Shown: positions 40,752-50,263 of the stretch, one piece after another
Layout: each line of letters starts with the position of its first letter
Position numbering within the stretch: the first letter of the stretch is position 1
Origin: Phycisphaeraceae bacterium
Lineage (GTDB): Bacteria; Planctomycetota; Phycisphaerae; Phycisphaerales; Phycisphaeraceae
DNA length: 64,000 nt
Direction: 5' to 3'
Assembly (NCBI GenBank): GCA_963674705.1
Contig: OY771506.1
Coordinates: 5,344,001 to 5,408,000 of the forward strand
The notes under the pieces: model-generated
What the model saw: only the letters and a program-made list of their open reading frames with translations
Told to the model about the DNA's origin: nothing
Database searches by the model: none
Translations under genes and position numbers: made by a program

Positions 40752-42287
40752 ATGACCACGTTTAAATCAACAAAAGGGCTGATCGCGGCAATTGCCTGCA
40801 CGGCCAGCGCATGTATGGCTGGTTCAGCGTTTGGCCAAGCCACCGATCTGCCCGGTTGGGACCTGGTCTGGAACGACGAATTCGATGGCACCTCGCTGAA
40901 TACCAGCGACTGGGAAGCCCTCAACCGCCAGGACAGCTTCAACAACGAGAAGCAGTACTACCTGGACGACCAGGTTTCGGTCGCAAACGGTTACATGACC
41001 ATTACCGCGACGAATCAGCCGATCGCCAACAAGCAGTATCGCTCGGGTCTGATCCGCACGTGGGATGAGTACACCTACGGCCGGTGGGAGATCCGCGCCG
41101 ACTTGCCGACTACCCAAGGCATGTGGCCCGCGATCTGGCTGCTACCTCGATACGAGGACTGGCCCAGCGGTGGCGAGATCGACATCATGGAGAATAAAGG
41201 CAGCCAACCTTATGCCACCAGCAGTGCTTTCCACTACGGTGAAAACTGGGAAAACCATCAATACGTCTGGAACGAATACAGCGCGACCGAAAACGGCGTG
41301 CCGGTCAACTTTCATAACAGCTTCCATACGTATGCGGTCGAATGGGAAGAGAACGTGATGCGTTTCTTCGTTGATGACAATCTGCACTTCGTCGTCAACA
41401 GTTCACGTGTCCCGGTGCCCGATGGGCCGATGAGTCTGATCATTAACCTCGCCATCGGCGGGGACTTCGGCGGTGACCCGGACGGCACGACCGTGTGGCC
41501 TCAGACGATGGAAGTGGATTACGTCCGTTATTGGCAGAAAGCCACTGCAATTCAAGGCGATATCACCGGCGATGGTTTTGTCGGGCTTGACGATCTGGAC
41601 ATCGTGCTCAACGAGTGGAACCAGGGTACGCCCCCCGCCGCGACGACCAGCGTCGTGCTGAATGACTTCAACAACGTCGGTCTGACCGGCGTCTATGAAA
41701 ACTGGAGCAGCGGAACCATTACCTATGGCGCAAACGACATGCGCGTACAGGCCGGGGACTTCGGCGGGGGCTGGATGAACCTCGGCGCACCGATCGACGC
41801 GACGGGACAGACAACGCTCGAGGTCGCGCTCGATGTCAACCCGGGCAATGTCGCGGACGAATTCAATATCGTGCTGATCGATGCCGACGGCACGGAGCGC
41901 GTGTATCACTTCACCGATCTGGTGGTCGGTGACGATCAGATCCTGTCTCTGGACCTCGACGACTGGAGCCAGGACAACGCCACCGGCTCGATTGCAGGCC
42001 TGGATATCTCCAGCCTGGTTACGTTCCACCTGCAAGGCACGTTCAGCAACGGCAATCCGGGCCTGTGGATGGACCTGACGTTTGACAATATCGCTCTGAC
42101 AGGCGGGACAACCTTCATCCTCGAAGGCGATATCAATGAAGACGGCTATGTCGGCCTGGATGACTTGGACATCATCCTGAACAACTGGAACGCAGGCACA
42201 CCGCCATCCGGCAGCGCTATCCCGGAACCCGGCACACTTGCGATGATCGGGCTCGGGAGCCTGACGATGATGCGTCGTCGCGCGTAG
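40752..42287 (+). CDS. GH16 (laminarinase-type) fused to a split dockerin-like/CBM-like module and PEP-CTERM
   Basis: WDLVWNDEFDG, GMWPAIW, catalytic EIDIME, FHTYAVEW and VDYVR motifs; GDITGDGFVG and GDINEDGYVG repeats; IPEP tail. Confidence 0.92.
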   Translation: MTTFKSTKGLIAAIACTASACMAGSAFGQATDLPGWDLVWNDEFDGTSLNTSDWEALNRQDSFNNEKQYYLDDQVSVANGYMTITATNQPIANKQYRSGLIRTWDEYTYGRWEIRADLPTTQGMWPAIWLLPRYEDWPSGGEIDIMENKGSQPYATSSAFHYGENWENHQYVWNEYSATENGVPVNFHNSFHTYAVEWEENVMRFFVDDNLHFVVNSSRVPVPDGPMSLIINLAIGGDFGGDPDGTTVWPQTMEVDYVRYWQKATAIQGDITGDGFVGLDDLDIVLNEWNQGTPPAATTSVVLNDFNNVGLTGVYENWSSGTITYGANDMRVQAGDFGGGWMNLGAPIDATGQTTLEVALDVNPGNVADEFNIVLIDADGTERVYHFTDLVVGDDQILSLDLDDWSQDNATGSIAGLDISSLVTFHLQGTFSNGNPGLWMDLTFDNIALTGGTTFILEGDINEDGYVGLDDLDIILNNWNAGTPPSGSAIPEPGTLAMIGLGSLTMMRRRA

Positions 42288-42397
42288 TACATAGTGATGA
42301 GTGATGCCTGAAAATCAAACCGGGGTGAGTCGACAGAACCGGGCGACGGTGTGGTAGTGATATTGGGCGGTCAACCAATCCATATCGGGACGGAATC

Positions 42398-43198
42398 ATG
42401 TCTGACAAACGCAAAGGTTTCACACTGATCGAACTGCTGGTTGTTATTTCCATCATCGCGCTGTTGGTAGGCATCCTGCTGCCGGCACTAAGCGCCGCAA
42501 GACGCACCGCACGATCGATGATCTGCCAGAACAACCTCAGGCAGATCGGCATCGGTATCTGGGCGTACAGCTACGAGAACCAGGACCTGTTCCCACCGGC
42601 CTATATGGATGGGGCTCAGGGCTCTGACTGGGCGGTGATGATCAATGCGTATCTTGCTCAATCAGGTAAAGACACGTATCAGGATGCCGAGTATCAGCAT
42701 CAGACGAAGGTGCTTACCTGCCCGGAAGCATTGATCGACGGCGGCCGATTGCATTACGGTGCGAACCTGTTGTTTATGCCGGTCTTCCCGTGGTCGACCG
42801 CTGCGGGTTTGAAAGTCTATAACACGAATGACCTGGTGCGTACGACCGAGACAATGATGATCGGTGATGCATCACAGATGCTGACGGCCAGCAACTATGG
42901 CGACAGCTACTCGGGGTTGGACCGGCTTGACGCGTTCGGCGCCAACGAGAAGTCTGAATATTACTCAGCCGACTATCAATACAACGATCGCGTGATCAAA
43001 GACGGGCCACGTTTCAGCACCGACCCTCGCTACACGGGCCCGCGCGCCGGCCAGGGTGACCTGCGGTATCGCCACGCCGGCAGTGACGGATCGGTGAATC
43101 TGCTGTATACCGACGGTCACTCGGGCAATGCCAATCGTGGTGAAATACTTAAACGTAATGTCCGTGCAGATCCACCCTCCGATCTTGCCGACCGATAG
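42398..43198 (+). CDS. Prepilin-type N-terminal cleavage/methylation protein, DUF1559/H-X9-DG-like
   Basis: [49 protein letters not shown]. Confidence 0.9.
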   Translation: MSDKRKGFTLIELLVVISIIALLVGILLPALSAARRTARSMICQNNLRQIGIGIWAYSYENQDLFPPAYMDGAQGSDWAVMINAYLAQSGKDTYQDAEYQHQTKVLTCPEALIDGGRLHYGANLLFMPVFPWSTAAGLKVYNTNDLVRTTETMMIGDASQMLTASNYGDSYSGLDRLDAFGANEKSEYYSADYQYNDRVIKDGPRFSTDPRYTGPRAGQGDLRYRHAGSDGSVNLLYTDGHSGNANRGEILKRNVRADPPSDLADR

Positions 43199-43212
43199 AG
43201 GTGAAAGCAGAC

Positions 43213-44028
43213 ATGTCTAAAGTAAAGCGAAACACCACGGCCGCGCTTGTGACCTGTGCTGTGGCGGGTTGTATCAGCCCTTGCCATGCCGTTACGCCGG
43301 ATGAGTTGCAACGCCCGGGCTGGACGCTGACGTTCCATGATGAATTCGATGGATCGGCTGTCGATACTGAGAAGTGGGAAGTGCTGACGCGCAAGAACAG
43401 TCACAACGAAGAGAAGCAGTATTATCTTCCTGAACAGGCGGCGATAGTCGATGGCGTGTTACGCATCACTGCTACGAACGAGCCATACGAAGGCAAAGAC
43501 TATCGCTCGGCCCGGCTCGAAAGCTGGTTCACCCAGAAGTACGGCCGATTTGAAGTGCGTGCAAAGATACCCACAACCAAAGGCATCTGGCCGGCGATCT
43601 GGCTGTTGCCGCGTGAGGGCCATTGGCCTCACAACGGCGAGATCGACATCATGGAGCACGGCGGCAGCCGATCGCATGATGTCAGTTGCGCGATTCACTT
43701 TGCAGACGAAAACCGCCAGCACAAACACGTCTGGGCGGTGCATCAAGCTGAGGACAAGAACGGCAAACCCATCGAGTGGGCCAAAGACTTCCATATCTAC
43801 GCGGCGGAGTGGTCGCCGAAAGACGTCGCTTTCTTTGTAGATGACGTCGAATACTACCGCGTCGGTTACGACAAGATACCCGAACTAAAAACGCCGATGT
43901 GTGTCATACTCAATACCGCGGTTGGCGGCTGGTTCGACGGTGACCCGGATGACAACACCGTGTTCCCACAATTCTTCGACATTGACTATGTGCGTGTGTA
44001 TCAGAAGGATGAATGGGACGATGAATAG
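43213..44028 (+). CDS. Secreted/periplasmic GH16 beta-1,3-glucanase
   Basis: Signal peptide; WTLTFHDEFDG, GIWPAIW, EIDIME and IDYVRVY motifs. Confidence 0.92.
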   Translation: MSKVKRNTTAALVTCAVAGCISPCHAVTPDELQRPGWTLTFHDEFDGSAVDTEKWEVLTRKNSHNEEKQYYLPEQAAIVDGVLRITATNEPYEGKDYRSARLESWFTQKYGRFEVRAKIPTTKGIWPAIWLLPREGHWPHNGEIDIMEHGGSRSHDVSCAIHFADENRQHKHVWAVHQAEDKNGKPIEWAKDFHIYAAEWSPKDVAFFVDDVEYYRVGYDKIPELKTPMCVILNTAVGGWFDGDPDDNTVFPQFFDIDYVRVYQKDEWDDE

Positions 44029-44120
44029 GCAAACGCCATAGATTAATCACGTTCTCGTTTGGACCGGGGAACGATACCACTGAAGACAAGAGCCAATCAC
44101 AGTCTAAATTTATAATGGTT

Positions 44121-44192
44121 GCCACACTTTGACCCGAAGTGCAAAGTGTGTTCTGTCAACGCACACTTGCTGCTGCGCAGTCAAAGTGTGGC
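44121..44192. repeat. 13-bp inverted repeat between convergent genes (REP-like or bidirectional terminator)
   Basis: gccacactttgac (44121) ... gtcaaagtgtggc (44180). Confidence 0.6.
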
Positions 44193-44221
44193 GCCCGACT
44201 GATGCGGATAGTGGCTAAGCA

Positions 44222-45283
44222 CTACTCTTCGGCAGCGATGGCTTTCTTCGGTGTCCGGTCGGTGTTGTAAAGCCCCCAGTGTTTTTCTGCGCCGTCCGGG
44301 TGATCGCCCCCCTTCCACTTCTCATCGAACGCTTCAAAGTAGAAGTACGGGATCTTCATGTGTCGTGTCCACTCGACAAATTCTGAATAGAAAACTTCTT
44401 GGCTATCTTCGCCGGCGTTGCCTTTGATGTACTTGCCATCATCCCCGTCTTTGTGGATCTGAGTCGCCCAGCCGGCTTCACCGATGACAAACTTGTGATT
44501 GGGATGAGCAAGCACGTTGACTTCGTATTGCTCGCGCGTCCAGTCCATGGCCTGTTCAAGCTGTTGGCCGTTCCACATCGCGTAGATATGCGTCACGATA
44601 AAATCCACTTCATCGGCAAGCGCTTTGCTCTTAGGCTGCGCCCAATAGCTGAAGACATCGGCCGTGCTGACCGGTACTGTTGTAGCCGCTCGTACCCGAC
44701 GGATGTAATCCACCAGCACCGGCGTACGGACTTTGTGGAACGACCAGGACACATGCGTCTCATTGCCCACGGTCACCGCTGCCACCACATCCGGATATTC
44801 ATTTGCCAAAAGGATCGCGGCTGCGACCTCCGCACGATTCGCCGCCTTCGTCTCGGGGAAACTTTCAACAATCTCCCCGGCTTCGTTCACTCTCGCTTCG
44901 GTTGCGATCCATGCACCCACAACCACTTTCATATCGATGTCGTGCTCGCGGATCAGTTGCAGCACATCTTCGGTAACGCCCTGCGAGCCGTACATACGCA
45001 GCATCTGCCAATGCTTGCTGAGGATCAGCAGGTCTTCGAGCAGTTGTTCACGGGTCGGTGATGCACCGTCGGGAGATTGCCCGTCACGGTGCGGGCCGTA
45101 GCAGATGCCGTTACCGAGCCATCGCCCGTCTTCCATCACAATGAAAGGCCGTTTCACAAAAGGTGCTTCACGTTCGCACGCTGCATCCCAATCGGGCTCC
45201 ATACTCTTTGCATGCAGCGTAGCGCCACAACCAGCAAACGGTGCAACCAATACACAAGCCAGAATCATCAGGATTGTCTTCAT
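44222..45283 (-). CDS. GH17 beta-1,3-glucanase/glucanosyltransferase, probable lipoprotein
   Basis: Start at MKTIL with FAGC lipobox; ICYGPHRDGQSP, LRMYG, VGNE, IGEAGW and FEAFDEKWK..EKHWG motifs. Confidence 0.88.
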   Translation of the reverse strand: MKTILMILACVLVAPFAGCGATLHAKSMEPDWDAACEREAPFVKRPFIVMEDGRWLGNGICYGPHRDGQSPDGASPTREQLLEDLLILSKHWQMLRMYGSQGVTEDVLQLIREHDIDMKVVVGAWIATEARVNEAGEIVESFPETKAANRAEVAAAILLANEYPDVVAAVTVGNETHVSWSFHKVRTPVLVDYIRRVRAATTVPVSTADVFSYWAQPKSKALADEVDFIVTHIYAMWNGQQLEQAMDWTREQYEVNVLAHPNHKFVIGEAGWATQIHKDGDDGKYIKGNAGEDSQEVFYSEFVEWTRHMKIPYFYFEAFDEKWKGGDHPDGAEKHWGLYNTDRTPKKAIAAEE

Positions 45284-45369
45284 GAGTTGAAACCTCATTC
45301 GATCGGGTCGTTGATCATGCCATGTTAAAATAAACCACAATGCGTAACGCCTGAGTATACCGCGCCCGG

Positions 45370-45388
45370 AAAGTAACATTGTTACTTT
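45370..45388. promoter_or_regulatory. Perfect 19-bp palindrome upstream of GH17, candidate operator
   Basis: aaagtaaca-t-tgttacttt. Confidence 0.55.
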
Positions 45389-45468
45389 AGAAGATATCGT
45401 TGATACCACGTTACGCGATTGTGAGTTGCTTGCTCTGATCAACCGGGGAAAGACTGTTTGTAATCACA

Positions 45469-46461
45469 TCAATCTTTCAGGATCGATTCAATCTGATCGA
45501 GTTCTCCATCAGACAATGTCATGTTATCCAAGGCACCGACACAATCCTCGATCTGCCGGACCTTACTCGCGCCGATCAGCGCGGAGGTCACGGTCTCGTG
45601 GCGTAACACCCAGATGAGCGCGAACTGAGCCAGGCTCTGGCCGCGTTGCTGCGCCAATTCATTGAGCGCCTTGATCTTCGTGATCTTGTCGTCGGTGATG
45701 TGTTCTCTTTTCAGGAAGCCGTGCGACTTGGCTGCCCGCGAATCCTCCGGCACGCCGTTGATGTACTTATTCGTAAGCAGGCCTTGCGCTAACGGGCAGA
45801 AGACGATCGCACCGATGCCTTCATCATCAAGCGTTTCAAGCAGGCCATCCTCGACCCACCGGTTGAACATGCTGTAGGACGGCTGATGAATCAGGCATGG
45901 TGTACCCAACTCACGCAACACTTCCACCGCACGACGAGTATGGTCCGGCTGGTAAGAAGAGATCCCCGCATACAGCGCTTTGCCCGAACGCACGATCTGG
46001 TCCAGCGCGCCCATGGTTTCTTCGATCGGCGTATCCGGATCAGGCCGGTGGCTGTAGAAGATGTCGACGTAGTCGAGCCCCATACGTTTGAGGCTCTGAT
46101 CGCAACTGGCGATCATGTACTTGCGTGAACCCCATTCGCCGTAGGGCCCGGGCCACATGTAGTACCCGGCCTTGCTGGAGATAATCATCTCGTCGCGGTG
46201 TGCGCCGATCCCTTCCTTGAGGATCTTGCCGAAGTTGGTTTCCGCCGAACCCGCGGATGGGCCGTAATTGTTGGCAAGGTCGAAGTGGGTGATGCCCAGG
46301 TCAAAGGCCCGGTGGATCATCGCCTTGGCCTCGTCGTAGGGATCGACATCCCCGAAGTTGTGCCAGAGCCCCAGCGAGATGGCGGGCAGCTTCAGGCCGC
46401 TATGGCCGCAGCGGCGGTAAGTCATGGATTGGTAACGGTCGTCAGCGGGTGTGTAGGTCAT
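45469..46461 (-). CDS. Aldo/keto reductase, L-glyceraldehyde 3-phosphate reductase (YghZ/Gpr-like)
   Basis: SLGLWHNFG, HFDLANNYG, SSKAGYYMWPGPYG, FYSHRPD and PLAQGLLT motifs. Confidence 0.92.
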   Translation of the reverse strand: MTYTPADDRYQSMTYRRCGHSGLKLPAISLGLWHNFGDVDPYDEAKAMIHRAFDLGITHFDLANNYGPSAGSAETNFGKILKEGIGAHRDEMIISSKAGYYMWPGPYGEWGSRKYMIASCDQSLKRMGLDYVDIFYSHRPDPDTPIEETMGALDQIVRSGKALYAGISSYQPDHTRRAVEVLRELGTPCLIHQPSYSMFNRWVEDGLLETLDDEGIGAIVFCPLAQGLLTNKYINGVPEDSRAAKSHGFLKREHITDDKITKIKALNELAQQRGQSLAQFALIWVLRHETVTSALIGASKVRQIEDCVGALDNMTLSDGELDQIESILKD

Positions 46462-46859
46462 GGGTGAGGGTGTGGGGTCTGGGGTTTGGGGTCTGGGCAA
46501 TTATGGATAAGGTTGTTTATAACGAATGGTAGCCGATTCTGGTCGCGATCTCAGGGCGATCCGTCGCGAAGTTTCTCCGCCCTAACATATTAAGAGCACA
46601 TGGCTAATAATGATTGGCCCAAAACGCTTGATCGTGCCCATAGTGGGGGTAAAATTATACGCAGTGGGGTGTTACGGCGGATCTGCAGTGGATGCCGGCG
46701 GCGGGCCCTGGTAACTGACTGGGCCAATTGCACGTTACGCCGATGTCGGCATCACGACCGCCCTGGCATGGAACACACATGATTGTAAATCGATTCATCT
46801 GAACCGGTACGGTGATAGCCTATCCCGTCAGGATGGAGTGTTTCGGAGAAGTCAGCCAC

Positions 46860-47672
46860 ATGCCCACGCTTTGGCCAACCGTTAACGATCAGATCCGATC
46901 CGAGAGGATTCGACGCGGAGGTTTGGGTTGCGCCCGTGGCTACGCGTTCACGCTGATCGAGTTGCTGGTGGTTATTGCTATCATCGCGCTGTTAATCGGC
47001 ATCCTACTGCCTGCATTAGCCAGCGCACGCAATTCCGCCCGTATCGCGGTGTGTGGGTCCAATCAACGCCAGATCAGTTTGCTGTGGCATTACTATCTTG
47101 AAGATCACAAAGAGGCCTTCCCCTACTTCGCTCTGGGTGTCGACAACATTACGTGGAAGTACGGGGGCAATCCGGACTGGTGGAAAACCAATCCTCCATC
47201 CCGCCCGTTAACACCCTACACTGATAATCCCGAGATGTTCCGTTGCCCTTCCGACCGCCCTATCCGCAAACTTGCGGGCGGATATGTAACCGTTGGCAGC
47301 AGCGGCACGGTTTATAATACCTACGAGTACACCGGCAACAGTTACCTTGGGAACCATGTGCTGCTGCAAGCCGCGGTCAATCCATCGGACTGGATCCTAA
47401 GCGGTATCCATCTTGCGGATATCGAGGTCAGCCATTCAAGGCTGATCCTCGCCGGTGATCCTCAATGGTATTACGCCACAAATGAACCACAATACGAAGC
47501 CGACTTCCACGATCGTGATAACAAGATCAATATCACGTTCGTCGATGGACACGTTGATTTTGTACAAGTCGAAGAAGACACACGTGAAACCGACAGCTAC
47601 GGGTGGATCTTCTTTAAAACAATCCCCAAGGGTTGGGAACAATACTTCGAAGAGGAAGAAACGGAAGAATAA
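46860..47672 (+). CDS. Prepilin-type N-terminal cleavage/methylation protein, DUF1559/H-X9-DG-like (start uncertain)
   Basis: [43 protein letters not shown]. Confidence 0.88.
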   Translation: MPTLWPTVNDQIRSERIRRGGLGCARGYAFTLIELLVVIAIIALLIGILLPALASARNSARIAVCGSNQRQISLLWHYYLEDHKEAFPYFALGVDNITWKYGGNPDWWKTNPPSRPLTPYTDNPEMFRCPSDRPIRKLAGGYVTVGSSGTVYNTYEYTGNSYLGNHVLLQAAVNPSDWILSGIHLADIEVSHSRLILAGDPQWYYATNEPQYEADFHDRDNKINITFVDGHVDFVQVEEDTRETDSYGWIFFKTIPKGWEQYFEEEETEE

Positions 47673-47718
47673 TCTGCTACGCTGGCCGTGAAAGCGAGCG
47701 AAGTACGTTACCGCGGGA

Positions 47719-49371
47719 TTAATTCTTTTCTTTCGTGGTATCCCTGGTATTCACTTCATCTTCCGCCACCTGGTGGATCAATACCTGCATACGTAACCGT
47801 GAACCCGGCTGTTCCTGCAGCAATGGCGTATGAGGTTTCAACGGTTGTGTTGTGATATTGTGCAGCAGATTCGACCAGTCAAACGGCTGAACCGGTTCAG
47901 ATTGTGAACCCGTTGAAGTTTCTTCGCTGTCAGCTTCGTCATCGGTATCCGATTGTGCCGCACGTGGTGCTGGTGGTGTGTTGCTGGACGTCATGGCATG
48001 AGAAAGCCCCGTGGTGGTACCGGGCCAGTGGCTGCGCGTCACGCTCCGGTTTGCCAGCGCTTTGGGTTGATTGTCGGATTCTGCATCCTCGCCAGCAGCA
48101 ACACGTGTATTTGCGTTGTCACCCTGCGCCAGAGCCACGAGTTCAGCCTGCTGACTGGGATTACTGTTCAGGAAAGCAAGAAATTCGGGTAATTGTTCCT
48201 GTTTAATCTCGATGACCAATTGCGAATCGGTAACAGGTCCACCGGCGCCGCCACTGGCCCCCGCACGGCTCATCAATGATTCGGCCCCCGGCTCCTCTTC
48301 AATCCGCACACTGTTGGACATTGCCCAGTCACGGATCTGGCGGCTGGCCAGCGTCGGGCTCACCGTATTGACCAGGATCTGCGTGTTCTGGCTGATCCTG
48401 GCGGTATCGTCTTCATCGCTGTATCCCAGGAATGGATTGATAGCAGCCGTTTTGGTTTCGTCTGCCCGATCCGAGCCTGTCGCATCGGCAATCAGAACAG
48501 GTTCCGCTTTATCCGTGACGTCAGTTTCCGTCGCATCGACTAAAACCGTATCGATGGCTTCCGCGTCCTTGGATTGTTTCGCGGCGGCAAGGGTAGTTTC
48601 AGGTAAATCATCAGCAGCCAGTAAATCCGCCTCAGGTTGTTCTGGTTCAATCGCAGTCGTATCGCTCGGCTCAGCTGACACTAACTCGGTTTCAGCATGG
48701 CCGGGTTCTTCTGATTCAGAATCAGTAGTCTCAGCCTCATCACGTGCTTTGGCCATCGCCGGCGGTATCGATCCCATCAATGTTTCCGGCTTGGTCGACT
48801 CTGATTCGGTCACATCTGCTGCTGTAGCGACTGTCGTTTCTGTGGTCTTATCTTTTTCGGCAGCATTCACCGCTTCATCTTCAAGAGCGACTGATTCTTC
48901 TCCATCAGCCATCGCAAACGTTGAATCAGAGAGGTCAGTTGATTCTCCATCCGCATCAGTCGGAGTTAAACTTCTAGCAAGTGGCGGGCCGGGGTGATGC
49001 AGCAGGCCGGAGGGCATCAATGTCGGCACCACCACAGCGGCGCTCAATAACAACACCGCTGCGATACCGGAGTACATCAGTACCCGACGGAACCGGTGCG
49101 GGTTCACAGGCATCGTCAAAGGCTCGGGGGCCTCAGGATCGCCCAATAGCTCGGCCCGTTCCTGCGTTTGGATGACCTGGTCGATCAACCCGATCGGAGC
49201 CACGGACCGACCCAGGCTGCGCAGGCGCTCGCGGTCCAGCTTCATCTGGGTGACGAGGCTGCGCAGCTCATGATCTTCAGCGAGGGTGACTTCAAACGCT
49301 TCACGTTCAGCGTCGTCCAGTTCACCCTCGATGTAGCCGAGGATCAGGTCTTGGTTGTATCGATCAGTCAC
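47719..49371 (-). CDS. Putative anti-sigma factor with TM helix and long acidic periplasmic region
   Basis: LILGYIEGELD..ER..FE N-terminus; TM segment IAAVLLL; overlaps the ECF sigma stop codon. Confidence 0.75.
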   Translation of the reverse strand: MTDRYNQDLILGYIEGELDDAEREAFEVTLAEDHELRSLVTQMKLDRERLRSLGRSVAPIGLIDQVIQTQERAELLGDPEAPEPLTMPVNPHRFRRVLMYSGIAAVLLLSAAVVVPTLMPSGLLHHPGPPLARSLTPTDADGESTDLSDSTFAMADGEESVALEDEAVNAAEKDKTTETTVATAADVTESESTKPETLMGSIPPAMAKARDEAETTDSESEEPGHAETELVSAEPSDTTAIEPEQPEADLLAADDLPETTLAAAKQSKDAEAIDTVLVDATETDVTDKAEPVLIADATGSDRADETKTAAINPFLGYSDEDDTARISQNTQILVNTVSPTLASRQIRDWAMSNSVRIEEEPGAESLMSRAGASGGAGGPVTDSQLVIEIKQEQLPEFLAFLNSNPSQQAELVALAQGDNANTRVAAGEDAESDNQPKALANRSVTRSHWPGTTTGLSHAMTSSNTPPAPRAAQSDTDDEADSEETSTGSQSEPVQPFDWSNLLHNITTQPLKPHTPLLQEQPGSRLRMQVLIHQVAEDEVNTRDTTKEKN

Positions 49372-50099
49372 GGTACACCTCCCCCCCGGCCCCCGGTGTT
49401 ACCCCCGCCCCCCGAAGCCTCCCCAGAACCACCCCCTGAAACGATTGAATCTACTTGACGGTCCTTGCCACACAGTCGGTCGACTTCCTGTCTCAACGCC
49501 AGCCTCGCCCTGAACAGCCGACTCTTAACCGTGCCGACGGGTATATCCAGCGTCTGGCTGATCTGAGCATAATCCATCTGCTCGATATCCCGTAGTACCA
49601 GCACCGCCCTGAAGTCGTCATCGAGGTTCGCCAGCGCCTGTTGGAGCTTTTCCAGCATCTCCCCTTCTTGGACGCTTTGCTCGGGTCCGGGTTCACTGAA
49701 ATCGGCCAACTGATGGCGAAGTGCTGTGGCCTGATCGCCCTGGAAGTCGGTCTGTGTGGCCTGGTCAAGGCTGACAGCTCGGCGGAGCCTGCGTTTTCGC
49801 AGATGTGAGATCGACTGATTCATCGCGATACGCGTCATCCACGTCGCCAGACCCGATTCGCCACGGAATCGGCCGATGCCTTGCACGATCTTCAGCAGCA
49901 CGTCCTGACAGACCTCGGCCGCATCGTCCGGATGGCTGAGCATCCGCAGACAGACGCTGTACAGCCGGTCCTGGTGGGCCATAAGCAACTCACCGAGAGC
50001 CTGGCGGTCCCCTTTGCGGGCCTTGGCGATCAGAGCCTGTTCAGCCGTAGGGGTCATGTGGTCGGGGTCCGTGGGGTGAAATCGGGTGCGGTCGATCAA
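49368..50099 (-). CDS. ECF sigma-70 factor (start may be 50057)
   Basis: [23 protein letters not shown] and [16 protein letters not shown] motifs. Confidence 0.93.
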   Translation of the reverse strand: MIDRTRFHPTDPDHMTPTAEQALIAKARKGDRQALGELLMAHQDRLYSVCLRMLSHPDDAAEVCQDVLLKIVQGIGRFRGESGLATWMTRIAMNQSISHLRKRRLRRAVSLDQATQTDFQGDQATALRHQLADFSEPGPEQSVQEGEMLEKLQQALANLDDDFRAVLVLRDIEQMDYAQISQTLDIPVGTVKSRLFRARLALRQEVDRLCGKDRQVDSIVSGGGSGEASGGGGNTGGRGGGVP

Positions 50100-50263
50100 T
50101 CGTCAAGGTCCGATGGCCAAGGGTCTTACGTCCCGTATTGGACAGTAGTTCCGTTCGGGCGTGCCTCCCTGAATCCAAGCGTGTACTATGGCTACTCGAA
50201 GCCATAGGGTCAACCCCGCAGCGTCTTATAAAAAAGCCTCAATTTCAGCCCACGGACAAAAAC

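Noticed and set aside
46468..46497. Heptamer tandem repeat (ggggtct/ggggttt), with a similar aacatcg-type repeat at ~54443-54475
   Set aside because: Short low-copy simple repeats with no associated gene; no function can be supported.
39815..47672. Type II secretion or type IV pilus operon
   Set aside because: Only pilin-like subunits are present; no ATPase, platform protein, secretin or prepilin peptidase in the window.
47719..50099. ECF sigma/anti-sigma pair as regulator of the glucan locus
   Set aside because: Separated by unrelated genes, no FecR-like or sugar-binding domain is visible, and the locus already has two LacI regulators.
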